This document shows positions 53,390 through 64,000 of a DNA stretch of 64,000 bases, in pieces. Source of the DNA: Octopus sinensis (taxonomy: Eukaryota); assembly GCF_006345805.1 (NCBI RefSeq), contig NC_043000.1, positions 122,016,001-122,080,000 of the forward strand. The letters are read 5' to 3'. The number at the start of each line of letters is the position of its first letter. The first letter of the stretch is position 1. The notes below the pieces were generated by a model that saw only the letters and a list, made by a program, of their open reading frames with translations, did not search any database and had not been told where the DNA came from. Both the position numbers and the translations under genes were made by a program.

Positions 53390-55935
53390 ATATATATATA
53401 TATATGTATGTATATATATATATGTATATATATATGTATATATATATATATTCCACAGAGGGAGAAGTGGGGGTTTTGTATAAATAGAAAGATACAGCAA
53501 GAGTCAGACGAGAAAAATAATTAGACTCAAACGAACGGAAACTGATTAGTGTAATAATCAATCATGAAGGCACAAAAAAAAATCATCTATAATATATGGA
53601 AACAATAAAGTACAAACTGGAACCCAACTACACAGGAGAAACACATTTAGAAAAGGACGAAGCAACAGGAAATTAAAAACAAGGACAAAAACAAAACGGA
53701 ATTCTAAATATAATAAAGAAAATATAGGAAAACGTTGATAATTAATAATATCCCGCAGGACCGGACAGAGTGTCTCATTTTAGCAGAACAAAAAATATAT
53801 AACCACAGAATATTACACAAAAATATAATAATGAAGATATATGCTGACAATAATCGTAGACTGTGCAGCAAACACATTAAGAACAAAGAATGAATACTTT
53901 ATGTTAAGTCTGCATTGAGCAATATGCAGACAATTCGACATGAAACGTTTAACAAATGGTATAAAGGATATGCTAAACTGGTTACATAACAATAGCTTGG
54001 GTAAAGTCACTTTAGCCAATGCTTTTGTTCAAGCTGTTAAGAAAAAGCGTTGAGAAGCAATTACTAAGAGGTGGAGGGAATATTATAATACGCTCAAACA
54101 CATAACGTCCCCTTATGACCGGAAATATCGGAGAAGCAGATGAAGTACGATAATTATAAATTGATGTGAAATGAGTTCGGATAATGAGAGTAAAAAAAAT
54201 TAATTAAATTTGCCGCATTAGCTATGATGAATAGAAAGTGGAGAAACTCAATGATAAAATGTCGCATGAATTTACATATAGTCCAACAAATAGCTCCTCA
54301 AGTTACGTACGTGCAAGTCACCTAGAAATGAATAAAGGCCACTACCGACAATAAATCAACAGCTTTTACGACCCCATTTTTAAAATTTTGTAGGTATCCT
54401 TAAGAATTTTGCTTTGCTATCACAGGATTCCGCTTTCAGTTTATCTGTGCAGCATCTTGGACAGCTGTCTTTTGCTTTTTCGCCGGCCTGAACAATGCCT
54501 TGTAATCGAATATGATAGACGAAAACTGTAAAAGCTCATCATATATATCGACACACACAGAGGTACGACAAAACATATCGATAGAATAAATATTCGTGTT
54601 GATTTGTTCTACTAAAAGAAACGCTTCAACACTCTACATCAGAATGGATGCAGTCTAGTGAGCGAAATGAGGTAAAGGGAAAAGATAAAAACACTTCTAC
54701 ACCCAGATTAATGAAATACGAACAGAAAATCCACGTCGGATAATGATCTCCAAAATGACCAACAAATATCTAGATTTGAATGTGAAAAAAAAAGAAACAG
54801 TCAATTCATTGTTTAGTATTTTAAAATGATTTGTGTAATCAAATCATTGATTGTACTTAAAGTTTGGCTTTTTTGCTTGTTATATACACTTTAAAATAAA
54901 AAAGCTTCTCAACTGAAATGTCATCAGTGAGAACATAATTGCCGTTTATAATATTAATTCTATGCGAGTTCGACTCTCACTTAATGATAAGACAGACTCA
55001 CATATACACACACACACACACACACATAACTCACGCACATATATAACTCACACTCACACACATACAAAGATATTTATTATCTAATTAACCCCACATTTTT
55101 ATTAGAGAAATGTTTGTGTTCTTAGAGTTAAGTTAGTGCAACAATGCTGTTCTCATTATAACATTACTAAATGATGAAAGAAGAGAAGAATTTAAAAAGA
55201 ATCACATCCCCAAATTACTATATAGTCTAATAGTATTCATTTAGGTCTTATTCAGGCCTTAAATAAATGCAATATATTTCACACTACAAAACCTTTCTCT
55301 CATTTCTGTTTTGGCTTTTTTTCTGCAAAGTATATATATATATAAATTCAAAAATGAGGGGGAAAAATTAGATATTAATTTAATAATACCCTTATTTTAA
55401 CACCAAGCGACCTAGCACAATAAACCAGGGAGACAATACATATTTATCCGTATATATAAGAGAGTTAACGTTAAATAGGTTAACTCTAGTGCTAGAAATA
55501 GCTCCTCCGGTATAATCGCTGACGATACCTCCACATAGAAATAGCACTACTCTCAACGTAAGGAAAGTGAAATACAACTAAAAAGTGGATTAATGTTGTA
55601 CAATTCTTTCTTTATCAATATAATATGCACATTATACTCACATATATATCTATAGATCATCAGCAACATTTGTCATCGATGCAATTTATCAGACCTACAC
55701 GGGCGACGATTACCCATGCGGTCTGATCGATTACATTCAGGGTTGTAGTTACAAGTTCCCCGCCAAAAGCATATGCTAAGACTTAGTGGAAGCGAATACC
55801 GCATGTAATATTTACTGCAGCGTATCAAATTCATAAATTCAAAAATGAGGGTGAAAAATTAGATATTAATTTAATAATACCCTTATGTTAACACCAAGCG
55901 ACCTAGCACAATAAACCAGGGAGACAATACATATT

Positions 55936-56020
55936 TATCCGTAAATATAAGAGAGTTAACGTTAAATAGGTTAACTCTAGTGCTAGAGTTAACCTATTTA
56001 ACGTTAACTCTCTTATATTT

Positions 56021-56027
<7 letters not shown>
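55936..56027. repeat. Perfect 45-bp inverted repeat with a 2-nt spacer at the end of a duplicated repeat copy
   Basis: 55936-55980 is the exact reverse complement of 55983-56027, followed by (TA)n. Confidence 0.92.
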
Positions 56028-56064
<37 letters not shown>

Positions 56065-56745
56065 ACGACAAAATTTACAAATACGCTCCTGAATGGTAGT
56101 TAGCTTTTTGAAAACAGTGAGGAAGCTGGATTTTGAATTTCCAGTTTTGCTATGTTACTAAATCCGTAAACGTCGCTCCAGCTCTGATAATTGAGAACTT
56201 TCATATCGTATCATTTCCGTTTCAAATTCCAGGCTTAATATACTTTGTAGTATATTATGCATAAAGTAATACGGTGTCCCTTCTGGTCATTAATAGAAAT
56301 CCCTGGAATTACATCATTGTACTGGAATTCATGCATGAACAGCTTGGCCATCACAACCAAATTCTTAACAAAAAATCTCTAGGGTCCTTGAACATGCTGC
56401 CTCTTCTATATCTCTAATGAGATCCATCTCTCGAGTCTGAGACTATGTGTATTTTCAATTTTTCTCAAGGATTTGCTTCACACAGGAAAACTTGAAAAAT
56501 GCTAAGCAGAAAATAAGCCACAAGAGATATTCTTCTTTGCAATCTTCAGATTTCCTACTTAAAATATATTCATACATTGATCTTTTCTATGAAAAGAAAC
56601 AGTATATATGTAGAAGGACTATTGCTCATAGGAAGGCATTTCGTATTATATGCATTCGAAACCAAGTTGTTGATATAAGAATACCGTTATGCCACGCAGG
56701 CATGGATATGCTTGTGTGTGTATATGCATGTTTATGCAAACGTTG

Positions 56746-57146
56746 ACGTAGGAGTGGCTGTGCGGTAAGTATATTGCTTACCAACCACATAGTCCCGGGT
56801 TCAGTCCCACTGCGTGACACCTTGGGCAAGTGTCTTGTACTATAGCCTCGGTCCAACCAGAGCCTTGTGAGTGGATTTGGTAGACGGAAACTGAAAGAAG
56901 CCCGTCGTATATATGTATTTATATGTGTGTGTGTTTGTGTGTCTGTGCTTGTCCCCCACCCCCCAACATCGCTTGACAACCGATGCTGGTGTGTTTATGT
57001 CACCGTAACTTAGCGGTTCGGTAAAAGAGACCGATAGAATAAGTACTAGGTTTACAAAAAATATGTTCCGGGGTCGATTTGCTCGACTAAAAGGCAGTGC
57101 TCCAGCATGGCCACAGTCATATGACTGAAACAAATAAAAGAGTAAA
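56746..57146 (+). mobile_element. SINE family C, full length
   Basis: ACGTAGGAGTGGCTGTGCGGTAAG...GGGTTCAGTCCC head and GTGCTCCAGCATGGCCACAG...CTGAAAC tail. Confidence 0.9.
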
Positions 57147-58899
57147 CGTGACCTGCGTATTGAGCGAAACAACTTTCTCGCACAAATATATTGTTACATT
57201 TATCTTATCTCAATTCTCTTCAAACCCGCGACGAATCTGAGAAGATAAAATTAATAATGCAAAAAACATCATTCCAAACACTTAAAAACAAATGTTCTTG
57301 ACAGGAAGAATTTTTTCAACGCACAACACATTTGCGATCAGAAACAATGCTATTTAAATATTTTATTACATGATGCATGTTATCATTAAGCTACAGTATT
57401 TATTATGTGCATAAAATACGCCACAACATTTCTATTTTGTTTATTTAATCATAATATATTGAAGCTGATAATATTTACAAAGAAAGTGAGGCATTTATTT
57501 GCAAGTAAAGTAAATGTGTTGAAATTGGAATACAGATAATTAAGAAACTTTCACCTGAAGCCGAGGATTCGAATAAGTGAAGATTTGATTACATAAAATG
57601 AGATCGTGGATAGAGGTGCTTCCATAACAACTGTCATTTACTTTGAATCTAGCTACCGATCACAAGGATACAGGTAAATTTACTACGATGAAGGTTTGAG
57701 TCTAAAATTCGAGAAATAGTAAGAAAGATTATTAAAAATATGTTAAATATATGTCTTCAGATGAATTTTGTTACAATCTTATTACTACAAAGTTTAAAGA
57801 GTACAAGTATTATATAACAACTATAAAATGAGAAACATTAGAAAGCAATAAAATAGAGAAAAAGAGGTATTGATAAATCAGCAGTTGTAGTTATTGAAAC
57901 GTATAACTTTCTTCAGAGATATATTTTCAGAACAGGAGAATCATGACCAACTCGCTTTAAAGAAACCGTGTATTAGAATCATTGAAGTGTTATTTTATTT
58001 CAGCAGTAAAACAGTATCGACACCGAAACACAAACATAACCAAAATAATATAGAAATATGGTATATCTATACCTTGATACGTTCCAGAACGTGATAAGGA
58101 AATTTCAAAGAATAAAAAAATAACTAAAATATCTAACTGGTGCTTAGACTGCCACGCTGCCTTCGCATCCACCTTCAGAATTGAACGTTTATCGAAATTT
58201 AACAAATAAAAAGAAATATAAAAATAAAACATCAATTCGTGTCCTAGGAAGATCTTCGAAATTTATGGTTGTTTAGTTCGTTACATTTTTTTCCAATCTG
58301 GTTTATTTTCACGATTTTTTTAGTGAAACCGATATAATCGTCTCGGGAAAGAGTGTAAATATCGTAACACAATATACCGAATACCTACTAATATTACTTC
58401 ATTTTTTATACATACACCATGCCTTAACACTTTTTGTTATAGTATCGGTAGTTTAATCTTGGTTACGCTAACGTTCTCTCGCAATGTTGTCACTGAAATA
58501 TGATTTTCAATTTGGAAATCCACTTTTTACGGAAGGGTGATTGATGTAAATTAGAATTTAGAATAACCATGTAATACACAACTCTACAAAACATAAAAAT
58601 AATATCAACGTAATTGGTACGCAAGAAAAATTGTTCTGAATTACAAAGTCTATGACTTCATTTATTTTTGCGTATAGAATTATATTTTTCTATTCATGTA
58701 ATCTTAGGTTTCTTATACCATTTCCCAAAGAGAGCCCGTATCATACAACTCCAGCCGGCTTCTGTTAATCTTTGGTCAGTATGTGCGTCTGAATTCCTAA
58801 CCCAAAGAAATGGAAAGAACTTGTAAATTCAACAGTTTTCGAGCATTTAAAAAAACACCAAATGAGGTTTCCTCAATTGTACACGCCACATGAATATTT

Positions 58900-60715
58900 T
58901 TGGTTGCTTACATCTCAGTTTCTGATTTTGAACCAATAAACGATTATTAACCGACCTTCCAGAACACAGAACATTCAAGAATCGTAAACGTTCAACGCTG
59001 TCATTGCTTCTTGGAAAGACACGATTTACGATAATTCTTGGACTGTAAATCGTGTCTTGGGAATCTACTATGCAACACCTCCTGCCAGTCGGACAATTTC
59101 TGTTCTTTTTTCTGGTTTTTAACTTCGTTTGGGTTTCTGGTTTCCCTATGTCTTCCTGTGATTCTAGCAGATTTTGATAAACTTTCTTCACTATTACCAA
59201 CATAGGAGTCTGTGTCTACTCTAGCTAACTCCACTTCTACTGATATTAACCCTCTTCTGCCTTCCTTTCTAGATAGGTATAATCGTGCTACTCATGCCCT
59301 TTGGTGGAGTCCTGAATTCTTTCCTAGTTCTTCTGTCTAGCTTTGTTAATTCAGTTTTTTGTCTAATCTCCAAACGTTGTTGTGTATCTAAGTAATGATA
59401 CTCCCCCAGCGTTTACAGTTTTCACTAAATTATAACCATTCATTGACTACCTCACCCTTCTGATGCATTCCCTCTCAATTTTTGTTTTCATTTCTATAGT
59501 TAGTTCTCTGTCAGGTTCTAGTACCCCTACATATTTATAATTATTTCCTCTTTTCAATGATATTAATGCCTGGCCATCTGGTAATTGGATGCCTTCGCAG
59601 TTTACTACCTGTCACCTTCTCATGCCTAATATTGCACACTTATATATGCCAAATTCCATGCCTATATCTTTGCTAAATAGTTTTACAGATTCCATTAAGG
59701 AATGTATTTCTTTCTCATTCTTATTAAAAAGCTTCAGATCATCCATGTAGAGCAAATGGTTAATATTTTGCTTACTTTGTCTGAACTGACACCCTGCTTT
59801 TGTCTTCTTTAATACTATACTGAGAGGGATAAAACAAAAGACAAAATCCAACGGGGATAACTAGTCCCCTTGAAAAATTCCCCTCTTGATATTAACTTAC
59901 CCTAAGTCTGTGTCACCTGAGTAGAGATCTATTTTCCATTTTTTCATGCTAAAGCTAATTAATTCCACTATGTTGTCTGCTATTCTGAATATACGCAATC
60001 ACTCACTTATCCATGATTTAGTGGATCATTTCGTAGGTTTTCTTATAATCCTATCCATGTTGTTGCTAGATTTTTCTTTCTAGCCTTTACTTCATTTAGA
60101 TCTGCTTTGTCTATGTATGATTGTTCATGCGTTCTTCTAGCCTTCTTCCTGCAGCCTTTTTGTTCTTCTGGCAGTAAATTGTGATAGTCCAGGTCCTCGT
60201 AAATGCTTTCTGAAAGCATTCATGTAAACAGCTTCCACCGTAATTGTAAGCAAGTGATTTTTCTATAGCTGCTAGCTGTATTACCCTTGCTCTTATCTTT
60301 CATAATGAGTATTGTCCTCCCTCAGGTCATCCAATCTAGTATCATTCCTCCATTAAGGCAATCCTCAAGTTGTTCCCTCAGCCTTCCATGTAAACTACTA
60401 ATTTTTTTTAGCCAGTACCCTTGAACTAAATCTGGTCTTAGGTCCAGGACTTTACTCATTAATGTATCCGTTAGTCTTAGATCTGGATGTTTCCCACTAT
60501 TTTTTCCCTCACTTACTTTAACCATACTGCATCTCCACTATGATTGATTGATTATCCCAAATATTACTCCAGAACTTTCTATCTTCTTCTGCAATTGGTT
60601 TCTCATCTACAGTATATCATTCCCCATTATTTTTTTGGTCTTATCTGGTCTTCTCTCAAATAATCATTTCTGTTGAGATTGATGAATTCTTTTCTTATAT
60701 CTGCAGAGCTTACCA
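58900..60715 (-). pseudogene. Dong/R4-like non-LTR retrotransposon, RT-bearing segment (inverted)
   Basis: Minus strand in order: RYKKRIHQ...PIAEEDRKFWSNIW; PDLVQGYWLKK..SLHGRL..QL..CL..G.I.DWMT; INHLLYMDDLKLF...FSKDIGMEFG..KCA; NYKYVGVLE; LYLSRKEGRRGLISVE; WQEVLH. Many stops and frameshifts. Confidence 0.85.
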
Positions 60716-60754
60716 GCTGCTGATATGATACGCTGGTTCAACTCTTCTATTACT

Positions 60755-61340
60755 GTCCTAAATTCTTGCTACATTACTATCTGTGCGAAAAGTGGGCGTC
60801 TAGAGAGAGAGGCAATACATGGTATATGCACAAACCGGAGAGTGTGGCGGAGTCGGAGACTAGCAAAATCCTCTGGAATTTCCCAATCCAAAGAGATCAG
60901 GTGCTAGAGTATAACAGAGCGAACCTAGTATTAGTGGACAAGGTGAACAGCATATGTTATTTAGTTCATGTTGCATGACAATTTTACCCATGAATAATCA
61001 AGAAGGAAGGCGAAAAGCTAGAGAGATACAACCCTCTTAAGTACGAAATAGCCCGGCTTTGAAAAATGAAGACGGTGAAGATAGTGCCAATTATTTTGGG
61101 TCCTCGTGAACAGTATCAGAAGGTATCAAGGTGAATATAATATGAATGGGAATAGGATGCCCAGTAGAACTGTTACGAAACATTTACCTTATTGCACGGC
61201 CAGAATAATCAAGAAAGTAACAGATAGATGAAAAGAACGAATAGCATGGTACCGTAGGCTGCAGGTAGTGAGTCGATTATGCTTGCAAGACTCCAGGATC
61301 TCAAACAAAACTCGTGATGAAGAAAAAATCATAGAAATAA
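60755..61340 (+). pseudogene. Dong/R4-like element, C-terminal restriction-like endonuclease segment and 3' UTR
   Basis: CPK..LHYYLCEK...WYMHKPESV..SETSKILWNFPIQRDQVLEYNRANLVLVDK...EKLERYNPLKYEIARL*KMKTVKIVPIILG, followed by a (TAA)n tract. Confidence 0.85.
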
Positions 61341-61345
61341 TAATG

Positions 61346-61383
<38 letters not shown>

Positions 61384-61503
61384 GAGAAGAAGAAAGAGAA
61401 GAAGAAGAAGAAGAAGAAGAAGAAGAAGAAGAAGAAGAAGAAGAAGAAGAAGAAGAAGAAGAAGAAGAAGAAGAAGAAGAAGAAGAAGAAGAAGAAGAAG
61501 AAG
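61339..61503. repeat. (AAT)n followed by (AGA)n microsatellite
   Basis: Directly visible. Confidence 0.95.
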
Positions 61504-62491
61504 GAGAAGGCCAAGCAAAAAGCGAAGTATGTAGGTTGAAAGGTACAGTAATGAGTTTGCATATAGAGCAGAAATATTACGCAGGGCAGGCGATGATTAG
61601 ATTGACTAAAAGTACTGGAATGAAAAAATGAAAAAAACAGGTAGAGGCTACTTGATGCCTGGGGCTATTAAACAGCCGTAACCTGCTAGAAGCTGAAAAG
61701 TGACCAGGTTATTAAGAAACATCGAGAAAATGAAGCAAAAGAACAAGAACAAGAACTAAAACAACAACGGCAGCAATAGCAACACTTACAACAACAATAA
61801 TATTAAAAATAATAATGATAATAATAATGATTTAGATATTGAAGTGGAGAATATATGGAATAAGTAAGGTGATGATGATAGCGACTGGTGTTGACATTTT
61901 CCGTATTTACATTTATGTCTTATTTAGATGAATTATCGCCAAAGTTTCCCGGGAATCGTTCGATTATTTTCAATATCCTAGGGCTGTTTACTCGGTTTTG
62001 TCAATCCAAATATATCAATTAGATTAAATATTTTGAAAGACTATAGTAGAATGCAATTATATTGTCAAGTTCATAATTAAACTTTTCCCTAGAGCAATAT
62101 AATAAGATTATAGCTGGAAAAAAAGCTGAGAAAGAAACATTCTATCGTATTTCTCACTAATGTGTTTCCTGAAACACAATCTATAACTATTAAAACATCT
62201 ACTGTTTCTAGAGAAGACAAAACATTGCAAATAGGAAATAGGTTGGTGACAATTTCTGTAGGACAAGCGGTACGTTCCTGAATGATTTGGAGCATGGGTT
62301 TGTTTCAATTACCGTGTCCTAGTCATTGCATTTTCTATAATAATTATATGTAGGCAAGTGGTGTCTAATGTGCTTATGGTGGTAAACAGGAAAGAAATCG
62401 ATAGAGATGTGCAGAAGCATTTTGATCTTTATGTAAATACATACCTACATACGTACATATATACATTCATGTGTGTATGAATGTATGTATG

Positions 62492-62915
62492 TGTTGTGTG
62501 GCAGCCCTCAGATGATGATGAAGTAGGCTAACCCAATACGTAGATATATATTTCTTTACTACCCACAAGGGGCTAAACACAGACGGGACAAACAAGGACA
62601 GACAAACGGATTAAGTCGATTACAGTGACCCCAGTGCGTAACTGGTACTTAATTTATCGACCCCGAAATGATAAAAGGCAAAGTCGACCTCGGCGGAATT
62701 TGAACTCAGAACGTAGCGGCGGACGAAATACGGCTACGCATTTCGCCCGGCGTACTAACGGTTCTGCCAGCACGCCGCCTTCCCAATACGTAGATATAAA
62801 GGGAGGAGCCTAGTCTAGAACAGAGTAGAGTCGAGCAGAGTAGAGAGTCGAGTTGAGTAGTAGACTAGAGTGTAGGAGAAGTTTGAGTAGTGTCATCTGA
62901 ACGTACGACACAACA
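62492..62915 (+). mobile_element. Short LTR (about 174 bp after removing a SINE insertion) of an LTR retrotransposon, probably Ty3/Gypsy
   Basis: 8-bp inverted termini TGTTGTGT...ACACAACA, an internal TATAAA at 62795-62800, and a primer-binding site directly downstream. Confidence 0.75.
62549..62781 (-). mobile_element. SINE family A monomer inserted into the LTR
   Basis: 17-bp TSD CCCAATACGTAGATATA at 62532-62548 and 62782-62798. Confidence 0.92.
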
Positions 62916-62916
62916 G

Positions 62917-62929
62917 TGGCGACGAGGAT
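62917..62929 (+). promoter_or_regulatory. Primer-binding site complementary to the 3' end of tRNA-Ser(GCT)
   Basis: TGGCGACGAGGAT lies 1 nt after the LTR's terminal CA. It complements ...AUCCUCGUCG-CCA of metazoan tRNA-Ser(GCU) (recalled sequence). Confidence 0.75.
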
Positions 62930-64000
62930 TTCGTAGCTCACACAGCGACTGTGTAGTATTGCGGTATAACAGTATGTATGTATGTATGTATATATGTATG
63001 TATGTATGTAAGCATGTATGTTCGTATGCATGTATATATGTACATAAACACACCCCACACATCTGTAAACAGTTCCAGAACTCCAGTTTCAAAGAACGCA
63101 AGTCTAATTGTTCTCTCCCACTTTCACCGAAATATATTTTTGACTTGCGTATAGTAGTCATATAGATACATTAGAATATATAACACCTTGATTCGAAGTC
63201 ACTATTATTGTACAAGTAAACAGGTTCTAATTTGTTTTTGTTAAAATCTTATGATTGAATACAACTTTGAAAAATCGAATGTCAGAATCATTACCTTTTC
63301 TATGACAGATCTGTATTCATGTATTTCTCTGTGTATAGACTTAATGAGATACGAAAATGTATGCCCCCCACTCTATATATAATGCAGGTCCTTAGGTGAA
63401 AGAATGCTTAATGAGTTAAGAATTCGTTGATTTGTCAGAAGATATATTCGCTTACATTTTATTTTTAAATGGAACTTACATTTAAAAACAAGTAGAAAAC
63501 GGGAAATATCCGCTGAATTTTCTTTTTATATTAATGACCGTTGAATCTAAAACGCAATAGACAAAGAGGCATGTAATGTTTAAAAACTAATATTTACATT
63601 TGGAATTTAAATTTTCTCGGGATCTTCTTTTCAAATTTACGGGGTCGATAACAAAAGGACCGGTCAAATATTCGGATCGATCTAATCGACTGCTCTCCCT
63701 CCAAAATTTATTGTGCTTTGCATACTAGAGTAATCGATTTTATTGTTCTTTTTTATCCACCATATGCTATGTTTTATTCATGAAATATGCATTCAAATAC
63801 ATTGTTGTCTATTTATTATGCGGATCGCCTTTTCGAATATGAATTTATTTTGTCAGTATTTCGCTTTCGATTCGCCAGCGAAGTACGCTTCGGTGCATTT
63901 GCTAAGTGATTATCTTTGCTGAGCATCATGTCCTATGACATGACACGTCTGCAGTATCCTACAATGGTGTTTTTATTTTACGACATCTGCCCAATATACA

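Noticed and set aside
55515-55550. CTGACGA...GAAAT motif
   Set aside because: Helix II has only about 2 bp and there is no helix I or III pairing.
61268-61562. Poly-R/F/L/I ORFs
   Set aside because: Translations of (AAT)n and (AGA)n.

Overview
This is AT-rich, microsatellite-saturated animal DNA. The SINE families and the (TA)n/(CA)n/(TATG)n load point to a coleoid cephalopod, most likely Octopus (inference). No host gene can be firmly called. There is one weak 81-bp exon candidate, and almost all ORFs in the track are microsatellite artefacts. The window is a graveyard of mobile elements: tRNA-type SINEs (three of them TSD-flanked dimers), CR1-type LINE 3' ends, a Dong/R4-like element with an internal inversion, mariner relics, a Helitron-like element, and a short LTR with a tRNA-Ser primer-binding site. 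The most striking signal is a set of fold-back (head-to-head) Penelope-like elements carrying type I hammerhead ribozyme motifs with a palindromic, stunted helix III. They are (1) a 3.96-kb GIY-YIG-encoding palindrome at 45.6-49.6 kb, (2) a non-coding 2.9-kb palindrome at 6.2-9.1 kb, (3) a 334-bp fold-back at 1.4-1.7 kb, (4) a decayed one at 28.2-28.5 kb, (5) a 381-bp rearranged mini-copy of element 1 at 37.3-37.7 kb, and (6) a further minimal hammerhead variant at 9.2 kb. All coordinates and alignments were read by eye and no searches were run.
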